From contig CAWEPZ010000011.1 of NCBI GenBank assembly GCA_963811105.1, positions 1,344,001-1,408,000 on the forward strand: DNA of 64,000 nucleotides, written 5' to 3'. Under the pieces are notes generated by a model. That model saw nothing but the letters and a program-made list of their open reading frames with translations. It searched no databases and was not told the origin of the DNA. This document shows positions 19,601 through 27,386 of the stretch, one piece after another; within the stretch, counting starts at the first letter, position 1; each line of letters starts with the position of its first letter. A program made the translations under genes and the position numbers. Origin of the DNA: Candidatus Bathyarchaeota archaeon. GTDB lineage: Archaea; Thermoproteota; Bathyarchaeia; Bathyarchaeales; Bathycorpusculaceae.

Positions 19601-20016
19601 CGTATAAAGAATTCAAATCTATGATTGAGAAGCTCAATATGCAGCTCGAATTAGGTTCCCGAATTGATGCTGTAGATGTCGAGCGCGTCGCCCTAAAGGT
19701 TTTAACAACCCACTTTATCAGAGACATTGCGGGGAATTTGCGGGCTTTTTCCACACAAGGGTTTAGGTGTAAATCATGCAACAAGAAGTTTCGTCGTCTC
19801 CCTCTTAAAGGGAAATGTTCTTTCTGTGGGGGAAAATTAACTCTCACTGTCTATCGTGGTGGTATAGAGAAGTATTTGGTGGCTGCACAGCAGCTTGTGG
19901 ACAAATATGGATTACCTAACTATTACACGCAGCGAATGGATTTGATAAAAGAGGAGATAGCTTCTATGTTTGATAACAAAAAACCTAGACAAGCTAAACT
20001 TTTTGATTTTCATTAG
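16606..20016 (+). CDS. polC: DNA polymerase D large subunit DP2
   Basis: AGPIRSAGGT, GGFRLRYGRSRNTG, GRMGRPEKA, catalytic KRRDCDGDED and C-terminal Zn finger. No intein seen. Confidence 0.97.
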   Translation: MNISKGYQKYVETMENTLKQLYAISDSARSEGLDPALKTECIIAQDIADLVEGLVGPKEVAHSIRELSTKIQREEIAFKVAEEIVLGKFGSLDPERAAEQAIRTALAIFTEGLTAAPIQGIAQVKIKTNADRTRYLAIYFAGPIRSAGGTDQALTLVVGDFVRKQLGLDRYKPTDEEVSRFIEELRLYERSVGRFQYHIPDEELKKALNLIPVECTGTESDPVEVSSYRNLPRVETNRVRGGALRVVNDGIVGRAQKVYVIIDKIGFQGWDWLRDFKKKSEKKSGGFMDDVIAGRPIFAFPSRRGGFRLRYGRSRNTGLSAVGIHPATMYVLESFLAAGTQMRLELPGKGCVTLPVDSIEPPVVLLKDNSVVKVTLENFSEVKGKIQKILFLGDILISFGDFLYSNKTLPPSGYVEEWWAKDLQVALNEKFGLDYQKAAETIKVSFESLLGFLNNPFSNKPTFKEALLLSQYLAVPLHPNFTFFWSSLSSVQELEILQQWLASCKVHTEGDLVFKISGQNNEEAVKLLRRILAPHKLADNKVLLEGQDAAALAYCLGYNGTKTVDCVAAPNVLAAVSLISGVQIKDKAPTFVGGRMGRPEKAKHREMKPLVHVLFPVSLAGGTHRDLLEAAKQGPVFVQMVKRKCPNCKNFTSKVKCSVCGCDTITEKSCPRCGRTLKDISCPTCKTDAVQYQRQPVNFKEMVDTACKLLCYPPPKMLRGVKGLTNLDKTPEIVEKGILRAKYGLSVYKDGTIRFDATNAPLTHFTPIEIGVSVEKIRQLGYCCDTHGVKLTDSTQVCELKVQDIVIPWKAGEYFIQIAAFIDDLLVRVYKLPAYYNVKRPEDLVGHLVFGLAPHTCACILGRVVGYTDRNVIYAHPIWHSAKRRDCDGDEDAIMLALDTLLNFSRVFLPAQIGGIMDAPILLIPFVNTKEVQRQAHDFDVDATYPLEFYQKTCDKGEARIVSSIMDVISHRLGTEAQFEGFQYTTPVTNINLGNANSSYKEFKSMIEKLNMQLELGSRIDAVDVERVALKVLTTHFIRDIAGNLRAFSTQGFRCKSCNKKFRRLPLKGKCSFCGGKLTLTVYRGGIEKYLVAAQQLVDKYGLPNYYTQRMDLIKEEIASMFDNKKPRQAKLFDFH

Positions 20017-20078
20017 GCTAAAGTTTTTCAATGTAAACCTCTTGATTATCTGTTGGTGAAAAAAAAATAAAGGACTCT

Positions 20079-20330
20079 TTGCATCCTAACGCTCACTTGA
20101 AGAATGTGAGAAATGTAAGTAGCGGTCTTAGAGCCCGAACCAAGATATTGCAAACGCTTGAGCATAACCCATCTGCAGCTGCGAGGATAGCAGAAGAAAA
20201 CTCTTTGTCCTACAGCGTTGTGCGGCATCACTTGCGGCTTCTTGAAGACGATGGTATTGTTCACCGCAAAGGGGGTAGACCATATTGTTGGATGTCTACT
20301 GGTTTAGGACAGAAACGCCTAGTCACTTAG
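20079..20330 (+). CDS. ArsR-like winged-helix protein
   Basis: RTKILQTL...IAEENSLSYSVVRHHLRLLEDDGIV. Confidence 0.75.
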   Translation: MHPNAHLKNVRNVSSGLRARTKILQTLEHNPSAAARIAEENSLSYSVVRHHLRLLEDDGIVHRKGGRPYCWMSTGLGQKRLVT

Positions 20331-20623
20331 AAAGTGCATTGACAGGGTGACTGCTGGCATTTTGGGCATTTGTAATTGTATTTGTTGATGGCTGCTTTTT
20401 CAAGGTCAATTCCCATTATGTTAGCAAGAGAGGCAAGCCAGGCAATTACATCTGCAAACTCCTTCTCAGTAGACTCTCCATCGGTTCCTTTCTCCAATTC
20501 TTCTCCTAACTCTGCGACCTCATCAACAAGCCAGTTGTAAGTTCCACTTATTCCACGGTTTCTGTCCCTCTTGAAATAGAGGGTTCGCATCATTTGTTGA
20601 AATTCTTTTATGTCCACAACCAA
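20327..20623 (-). CDS. MazG-like nucleotide pyrophosphohydrolase
   Basis: WLVDEVAELGE...EFADVIAWLASLAN and C-terminal CPKC..PCQC. Confidence 0.85.
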   Translation of the reverse strand: MVVDIKEFQQMMRTLYFKRDRNRGISGTYNWLVDEVAELGEELEKGTDGESTEKEFADVIAWLASLANIMGIDLEKAAINKYNYKCPKCQQSPCQCTF

Positions 20624-20754
20624 TCATCTCTTTGGTTTTCGACAGTTGCATGTTGAATATTATTGAATAACTGCGAGAATTCAAGTTTTATACTTTCCGT
20701 TTCTGCGTAAGATTAATTAAATGCATGCAATACATGAGAGGAACAGGGATATTA

Positions 20755-20925
20755 GTGAGCAGAAAGAAAAAGAAAGAAGCTGGTCCAATGCCTGCAGCAA
20801 GTGCAGGTCTGCTACGTTTCTTTGAGGAAGAGACTGAAGGAATCAAAATTAGACCTGAGCTTCTTGTGGTCTTTTCGGTTTCGTTGATAGTTATTTCTGT
20901 TTTAGCAAAAGTTTTCTTCATTTAA
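20755..20925 (+). CDS. secG: Preprotein translocase subunit Sec61beta
   Basis: SAGLLRFFEEETEGIKIRPE followed by a C-terminal TM. Likely start is GTG 20755. Confidence 0.85.
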   Translation: MSRKKKKEAGPMPAASAGLLRFFEEETEGIKIRPELLVVFSVSLIVISVLAKVFFI

Positions 20926-20933
20926 CGCTTGCT

Positions 20934-21224
20934 CTATCGTCTCGGTGGAGTAGCGTGTAACACTTCTATTCTTTGAACAGAATTCAAATGGAGAAACAAC
21001 TCACTTCTTTCTTCACGACTCGTCACTTGTGGAATAGGCTGGGCCATGGTTGATCTCAAAACGATTGCTTCTGCTTCTGAAAGCCAGATTCCTGTCGGTT
21101 CGAGCGTTACAGCAGCTAGTAACCCTTCAAAACCGTAAGCTGGATCGATAATGACTCTGATTTTCTTGCCCACATTTCTCTCCAGCATATGAAATATTGA
21201 AAGGGGCACTTCTTGATCTGGCAT
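20934..21224 (-). CDS. Divergent Sm/Lsm-fold-like protein
   Basis: MLERNVGKKIRV...FEGLL...IWLSEA (Sm1-like) and LFLHLNSVQRIEV (Sm2-like). Confidence 0.5.
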   Translation of the reverse strand: MPDQEVPLSIFHMLERNVGKKIRVIIDPAYGFEGLLAAVTLEPTGIWLSEAEAIVLRSTMAQPIPQVTSREERSELFLHLNSVQRIEVLHATPPRR

Positions 21225-21478
21225 AGACTTCGCAAATTAGTATGATTGTCATTTTAAAGATAAAACAGTTCCCATCCAGGACACATGTTACTCTTTGTTG
21301 TGACTTGCTAAATTGGGATCTTGTTCCTTGGATTTTATATTCTTTTGTGCTAAATGCGTTTCTCTTGAATCGTTGGTTGTTAAGAAATTTGTATTTAATG
21401 TCTAAAACTCAGGCTTTAATTTAGCTAATTTTAATAAGCATCACCAATTTCAATAGGAAGCCATGCTGAGTTGAAAAG

Positions 21479-23296
21479 ATGGAGGATAACCGTTCGCTTA
21501 GTAGCTCAATGGATGATGCAAAGAAACATTATTCCTCACTGTTTTCCTTGCCTTCACTAAACGAAGCGTTGATTATTGTTGCGCTGCTTTGCGTTGTTAT
21601 CGGTGTTTCAACTTTTTTTGTTGCTCCTTCTCAGGGTTTAGTTGGCGCTTTGTTTCTTGGTCTTTCGCTTTTTGTTTTATCACTCACATCAGACCTTTTG
21701 ATGAGTAAAGTGCTTCTCAAGGGTGACCCAATTTTTTCATTACGACGAACTTCAGTTTTGTCTCTTGCCAGTTTTGTTTTCTGGCTAGTCTTTATCGTAA
21801 TAGGTGTTGGCTTAAGTTTTCAATTTGGATGGATACTTTGGGTTAAACTTTCCCTGCTGGGGTACGCTGTTATTGTGACTTTAAGGATTGTTGTGCTTAT
21901 GGCAACCTCAATGGCAGTAGGCTGGCGAAAAGGGCTGTCTGTTCTTCTTCAACCGACGTTTTGCGTGGGGGCTTTTCTGATTTTTTGGGTTGGCCTTTCA
22001 AGCGCCATAATCTTGCAAGTTTTGGCTTTCATAATTGTTTCTCCAATAATTAGTTTAATCGTTGTTTTGTTGTTTTTCTGGTCTTTGGAACGGGTAAGTA
22101 AAAAGTTTTCTTCACTGGCTTCTGTGCCGCTGTTTAGGGCGTTTATTGTTGACTGGGTATCCAATGTCAACGCCCCTCTTGAGAAATTCCTTGAAGAAAT
22201 GGGGGAATACAAAGATATTGAAGTTAGCCTTCTAAGGTTTGATTCTTCAAAACCCTTAGCTGCTATCATTGTTCCTCTTGTGCATCCAGGTCCTTTTAAG
22301 AATATAGGCAGCAGTCTTCTGCCTTCTCTGCTCAAGAGTGGATTTGAAAGAGAATATGCCTGTGACACTTGTACTCCGCTTGGCATTTTGGGGCATGAGC
22401 TTGACTTAGCATCACAAGGTCAGAACCAAAAAATAATTTCGCACGTTGTAGCTTCTGCAAAGTTTCAGGCATCAGCAGGTTTAGCCTCTCCTTTTGTTAG
22501 AGCGACTGAAGGTCCAGCTTCCGTTTCCTGCCAAATTTTCGGCGACACGGCTCTTCTTTCTTTTACCCTTGCTCCAAAAACAACCGAAGATTTACCTCAA
22601 GAGTTAGGTCGAATTGTAAGGGAGCAAGCAGCAAACTATGGATTAAAAGATACCCTAGTGATTAATGCTCACAACAGCTTAGCCGATTTAATTGACACAG
22701 ACAGGTATATAGATGAATTACGCACAGCTGCTTCCAAATGCCTCCAACAAGCAGCGCTTCAACCAACTAAACCCTTCATGGTTGGCGGCGCAAGTGTGTT
22801 TCCGAAAGAGTTTTCTCTAAAGCAGGGGATGGGAACTGGCGGCATCACAGCAATTGTAGTTCAAGTAGAGAACCAGAAAACCGCCTATATTACAATTGAC
22901 GGAAACAACATGATTCCTCATTTAAGAGAAAAAATCCTCGCAACTTTATCATCTGCAGGTTTTTCTGAAAGTGAAGTATTCACAACAGATACTCATGCAG
23001 TCACCGGCATGGTTACTGGAAAACAAGGTTACAACTCCGTTGGAAAAGCAATAGATAATGAAACTTTGATTCGATATATTCTTGAAGCTGCAAAAACCGC
23101 AGAATCTAAACTTGAAAGGGCCAAAGCTGGAAGTATACATTTAGTTGTGCCTCACGTCAGGGTAATTGGGGAGGAACGTTTGAAATCTGTAACTACGCTT
23201 GTTGACAAGGCAATTGGAAAAGCAAAGCAAACGTTAGTTCCCATCTTTGGGTTAGAAGGGGTGCTTCTACTTTTGCTCTTATGGTTCTTGATATAG
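21479..23296 (+). CDS. DUF2070-family membrane protein (neutral ceramidase-like)
   Basis: N-terminal TM bundle plus VHPGPF, GHELDL, NAHN, IDGNN and TTDTH. Confidence 0.82.
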   Translation: MEDNRSLSSSMDDAKKHYSSLFSLPSLNEALIIVALLCVVIGVSTFFVAPSQGLVGALFLGLSLFVLSLTSDLLMSKVLLKGDPIFSLRRTSVLSLASFVFWLVFIVIGVGLSFQFGWILWVKLSLLGYAVIVTLRIVVLMATSMAVGWRKGLSVLLQPTFCVGAFLIFWVGLSSAIILQVLAFIIVSPIISLIVVLLFFWSLERVSKKFSSLASVPLFRAFIVDWVSNVNAPLEKFLEEMGEYKDIEVSLLRFDSSKPLAAIIVPLVHPGPFKNIGSSLLPSLLKSGFEREYACDTCTPLGILGHELDLASQGQNQKIISHVVASAKFQASAGLASPFVRATEGPASVSCQIFGDTALLSFTLAPKTTEDLPQELGRIVREQAANYGLKDTLVINAHNSLADLIDTDRYIDELRTAASKCLQQAALQPTKPFMVGGASVFPKEFSLKQGMGTGGITAIVVQVENQKTAYITIDGNNMIPHLREKILATLSSAGFSESEVFTTDTHAVTGMVTGKQGYNSVGKAIDNETLIRYILEAAKTAESKLERAKAGSIHLVVPHVRVIGEERLKSVTTLVDKAIGKAKQTLVPIFGLEGVLLLLLLWFLI

Positions 23297-23366
23297 GCTG
23301 GCTGTTTTTCTGGATTCATAAAGGTTAATATTGCTTCTTACCTTCGCTTTTGTTGGAGTTTATCAA

Positions 23367-24704
23367 ATGTTTGCTTATCCAAAAATTGTTGTTTCTCCGC
23401 CTGGACCCAAAGCCAGAGAGCTTGTTATGAAGGATGAACAACTTGTTTCTCCATCGTACCAGCGATATTATCCGTTTGTAGTTGAGTCAGCAAACGACTG
23501 CATAGTTAAAGATGTAGATGATAACGAGTATATTGACTTAAATTCAGGCATAGCCTGCATGAACGTTGGGCACAATCATCCTCGTGTAGTTGAGGCGATA
23601 AAGAGTCAATGTGACAGGTTCCTGCATTATTCTACCGCTGACTTCTACTCCAAAGAAGTTATCAACCTAGCTCAAAAATTAGCAACCATAACTCCCGGCG
23701 AATTTGGAAAAAAAACATATTTCGGAAACAGTGGAACCGAAGCCGTTGAAGCAGCAGTCAAACTTGCCCGATGGCACACACGCAAACAATTATTCATAGG
23801 GTTCACAGGAGCCTTTCATGGACGTACGATGGGTTCCTTAGCTTTCACTGCCAGCAAGCCTGTGCAAAGAAGCCATTTTTCCCCTTTTATGCCTGGTGTA
23901 ACCCATGTTCCTTATCCTTACTGCTACCGCTGCCCATTCAAACTTGAAACTTCAAGTTGCGATTGTTGGTGCGCAGATTTTATCGAAGAAGAAGTACTGC
24001 AGAAATATTTGCCAGCTGAAGATGTGGCAGCCGTTCTTTTTGAACCAATTCAAGGCGAAGGCGGCTACGTGGTTCCTCCGCCAGAGTTTTTTCCAAAGCT
24101 GAAGAAAATCGCTGACAAGTACGGTCTACTTCTTATCGATGATGAAGTTCAGTCTGGTGTAGGGCGAACCGGTAAATGGTTCGCTATCGAACATTGGGAC
24201 ATTGAACCAGACATTATTTGTACTGCAAAAGCCTTGGCTTCAGGCTTACCTCTGGGTGCAACAATTGCCAAAACAAAAATTATGGATTGGACTGGAGGCT
24301 CGCAATCAAGTACTTTTGGCGGAAATCCATTATCATGCGTTGCTGCATCCGCAGTTTTAGACATTATTAAGGAGCAGCAGTTGCTGGATAACACTAACAA
24401 ACAGGGCGCTTATGCAATGAAACGGCTGGATAGACTGCAAGAGACCAATAGCATAGTTGGCGATGTACGTGGTAAGGGTTTGATGATTGGGGTGGAACTT
24501 GTTGAAGATAAGGAATCAAAGAAGCCTGCCGTGCAAAAAACAGCTAAAGTTGTTTTGCGTTCTTGGAAACGAGGGGTGGCCCTTATTAGTTGTGGTGTTT
24601 CAACGCTTAGGATAGCGCCGCCGCTTACTATTCAAACTGATATGCTTGAAGCCGCTTTGGATATTGTTGAAGATACGATTAATGACGTAGCAAAAGAAAT
24701 CTAA
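23367..24704 (+). CDS. Class III PLP aminotransferase (4-aminobutyrate/ornithine type)
   Basis: Motifs NSGTEAVEAA, FHGRT, EPIQGEGG, DEVQSG.GRTG, AKALASG and STFGGNP. Likely start is ATG 23367. Confidence 0.9.
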   Translation: MFAYPKIVVSPPGPKARELVMKDEQLVSPSYQRYYPFVVESANDCIVKDVDDNEYIDLNSGIACMNVGHNHPRVVEAIKSQCDRFLHYSTADFYSKEVINLAQKLATITPGEFGKKTYFGNSGTEAVEAAVKLARWHTRKQLFIGFTGAFHGRTMGSLAFTASKPVQRSHFSPFMPGVTHVPYPYCYRCPFKLETSSCDCWCADFIEEEVLQKYLPAEDVAAVLFEPIQGEGGYVVPPPEFFPKLKKIADKYGLLLIDDEVQSGVGRTGKWFAIEHWDIEPDIICTAKALASGLPLGATIAKTKIMDWTGGSQSSTFGGNPLSCVAASAVLDIIKEQQLLDNTNKQGAYAMKRLDRLQETNSIVGDVRGKGLMIGVELVEDKESKKPAVQKTAKVVLRSWKRGVALISCGVSTLRIAPPLTIQTDMLEAALDIVEDTINDVAKEI

Positions 24705-24705
24705 A

Positions 24706-25260
24706 CTATTTTGCCTTCAGACTTTTTAATGTTCTATGCGGCTTTCGCTTGAGCTCTGTACCGCAAATCTGGCACTCTTTGTATGAGCAGTTTACGGGGT
24801 ATTGTCTGTGGCATGCTGGGCAATATCTTATCCATTCTAAGAGTCGTTTGATGCCGAATGTGGCGAGTGCTAGGAATTCTATTCGTAAATGTGTGGCAAC
24901 ATTCTGGATTGAATAGTCGTCCGTGATAATTTGGGCTGTATACCCTTCAGCTTTCAATTCTGAGGCTAAGGCAAGAAGTTGAACGTCAGTGCCTGATAGC
25001 TTAAATGAGTCGCCAACTTTGCCTGCTGACTTTTTTACACTGTTCAAAAATATTTCTGAGGGAACTTTAACCTTCAACTTTCCGCTTTCGAGCGCAGCGT
25101 CAAAACGCACCTTAATCATTGAGTTCCTTATTATTTCCTGTTCAACCTTAGGAACAGTTACTTGCTCCTCACCTAAAGAGAAAGGATCAAAACCAGCCAG
25201 AAAAGCAGACGTATCTAAAATAATGATTCTTTTACATTGGCTGTTTGTCTGAGTATTCAT
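24706..25260 (-). CDS. nob1: Nob1-like PIN endonuclease with zinc ribbon
   Basis: ILDTSAF, LSGTDVQLLALA, TDDYSIQNVA and CPAC...CQICG. Confidence 0.88.
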   Translation of the reverse strand: MNTQTNSQCKRIIILDTSAFLAGFDPFSLGEEQVTVPKVEQEIIRNSMIKVRFDAALESGKLKVKVPSEIFLNSVKKSAGKVGDSFKLSGTDVQLLALASELKAEGYTAQIITDDYSIQNVATHLRIEFLALATFGIKRLLEWIRYCPACHRQYPVNCSYKECQICGTELKRKPHRTLKSLKAK

Positions 25261-26105
25261 TCTGTTCCCTTAAACAGCAATCGGCTTTTCAATCGGTCGT
25301 AAAAATCGGTTTCAAACCGAATGAAAGAAGTTACATTTTTGGATACTGAAACCTCTGCGGTAGGCTCTTTACTATTTATCATTTTACGGTACTTTCCATC
25401 AATCAGGACAAGGATTTTCTCTGCCTTAGTTACTTTGATTGCAATTTTGCAGTTAGCTGGAAAAACAATTGAATGGAAAACTGTTAAAGAGCAGATGGGA
25501 GTAATCACGAAAGCGCCAACCGCCGGGTCTAAAACTGGACCCCCTGCTGAAAAAGAATAGCCAGTAGAGCCTGTTTCGGTTGCTACAATTAGGCCGTCTG
25601 CTTGGCTATTGATAATAGGTTTGCCTTCCTTGCATATTTGAGTATAAAGTATTTTTGAGGGTTCACCTGCAGAAATTACAACGTCATTCAAGGCATCAGG
25701 CATGTCTTCTTCGCCTGCTTTTACACATAGCTTTGCGCATTTTTCTATCTTGTATTTACCCTCAAGAATTTTGTTTACTGCTTCAAAAGCGTTTTTCGGT
25801 TCAGCTTCAGTTAGAAATCCTCGAAGCCCCATGTTTATCGCTAAAATTGGCGGTTCAGGCTTAGCTATTCCGATGCATGTGCGCAAAATTGTTCCGTCGC
25901 CGCCGATAGTTATTATAAAATCGGTTTTCATTTTTGAAAGAGGAACCATCTGCGCTTGGGTGGTGACTTTATCCGATAAGGTATCTTCTACGTAAACTTT
26001 CAATCCTTTGCCACTCAGATACTCAGCTAGCTCTTCTGTAAGCTTCAGAGCAGGTTTTTTGTCGTAGCGGGCAACTAATCCCACGCTTCTAAACACTAAA
26101 TCCAC
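25257..26105 (-). CDS. nadK: NAD kinase
   Basis: Motifs GGDGT, GFL, LND, DGLIVAT.TGSTGYSFSAGGP. Confidence 0.93.
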   Translation of the reverse strand: MDLVFRSVGLVARYDKKPALKLTEELAEYLSGKGLKVYVEDTLSDKVTTQAQMVPLSKMKTDFIITIGGDGTILRTCIGIAKPEPPILAINMGLRGFLTEAEPKNAFEAVNKILEGKYKIEKCAKLCVKAGEEDMPDALNDVVISAGEPSKILYTQICKEGKPIINSQADGLIVATETGSTGYSFSAGGPVLDPAVGAFVITPICSLTVFHSIVFPANCKIAIKVTKAEKILVLIDGKYRKMINSKEPTAEVSVSKNVTSFIRFETDFYDRLKSRLLFKGTE

Positions 26106-26361
26106 CGTTCAGTAAATACCGTTATCCTATCTTATATTAAGCTTTTAATGGGCATTTTCAGATTTTTTCACACTTTTTCTATTAGAAGTTTCGTAAATCT
26201 ATATAGATTACTCAATTGTGAGCAAGAATGGGGTACACCCTCTTTGGCAAATATCGCGGATTAGGAATCAATGGCTTTTCTGATTGCGGGTAGGGTCAAT
26301 TTTGTATATTTTAGCTTGCAACCGATGGAAAATGTACTTGTTGCTGTAAGATGGTTACAAC

Positions 26362-26553
26362 ATGGTTTCATATACAATGATTGACCATATTTGCAAAGTT
26401 GATTCTGTGATTTCCTGTTACAAGGTTAACTGTCCGAAATGTGGAAATGAGCTTGCTAAGGCTGACAAAAAATTAGAGAATTCTGTGTTCAGCATTGCGA
26501 TTTATACTTGTGAAGCGTGTGGTTCTAAATTTAAGCATACTCGGTCATTTTGA
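26362..26553 (+). CDS. Small zinc-ribbon protein
   Basis: CPKCG and CEACG pair. Start uncertain (possibly GTG ~26407). Confidence 0.45.
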   Translation: MVSYTMIDHICKVDSVISCYKVNCPKCGNELAKADKKLENSVFSIAIYTCEACGSKFKHTRSF

Positions 26554-26775
26554 TTATTTTGGCTTCTTCTTGACGGATATATCTCGCAAAAGTCAGAATC
26601 TTAATTTGTAAAGCTTACAAGTAGCTTTGAGGTCTTAGATCTAATAAAATTGCGTTTTATACGGTTCTATTGGCCGGGCAGTTGTTGTTTCATTTTGTGA
26701 CAACATTATTTTATATCATTTAGAATCGTAACAGATTAACAGGAAAGAAGAAGGATTAAACTAGGAGCCACGTTT

Positions 26776-27003
26776 GTTGAGCGGGTCTGGCTGCTAAATG
26801 CGGTAAGGTGCCCCCTCTTAACTTCTACACCTTATCCATCTTAGCGCTTGGCTAAATCCGCTTAACTCTGCTTTTACCCCTCCCAAATAGATTAAATTGC
26901 ACCAGATTCTTTTTTCTATTAGGAGTTTTATTTTTTGGCAAAGTATTATGTATTTTAATGCAAGTCAGAAGCAGAGGGGGCTTACGCACGCTTGGGAGCA
27001 AGC
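26776..27003 (+). ncRNA. Candidate structured RNA (long hairpin with potential pseudoknot)
   Basis: Interrupted stem 26776-26866 with several G-U pairs. Its loop is complementary to 26967-26981, followed by the GCTTG-GGAG-CAAGC hairpin at 26990-27003. Confidence 0.4.
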
Positions 27004-27386
27004 AGTCGCTTTAGTGAAGGAGCTATTAACGAATAATTTGATTTCAAAAAAAAAACTTTGAGATAAAAGAAGATAAAGGAGAAGAATCTTATGTCATATA
27101 CAAAAAACAAGAACCAGAAAAATTATAAGTTATAAAGAAGTCCATTTTGGACTTTTCATCTTTGAGGTTGTTCTTCCCCTCCTGCTATTTAATAAAAGAC
27201 ACGGGAACTAAAAAAATCGTTTAAGGTTGCGGTGTCTCTTCAAATTATGATTATTACACAAATGCCCCAATTGAAATATGAAAAATTTGTCCATGCAACA
27301 CAATTTGATTGTTTATCCAATTCCTGATGTTTGCCAAATTATATAAGCAAAACGATTGCATACTACAAACCACTATCTAAAAAATT

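Noticed and set aside
16606-20016. Inteins in DP2 (also checked MCM, RFC-L and Cdc6)
   Set aside because: Lengths are normal, motifs are contiguous and there are no C...HN/C-S-T splice junction patterns.
26960-27005. RNase P RNA (AGAGGGGGCTTA) or SRP RNA (GGGAGCAAGC) signature
   Set aside because: No upstream GAGGAAAGTCC-type P4 strand and no CCAGG..GGAA helix-8 motif. The region is too AT-rich for either RNA.
27138-27154. Inverted repeat AAGTCCA-TTT-TGGACTT
   Set aside because: Single short occurrence ~230 bp from the next start; cannot be distinguished from chance.
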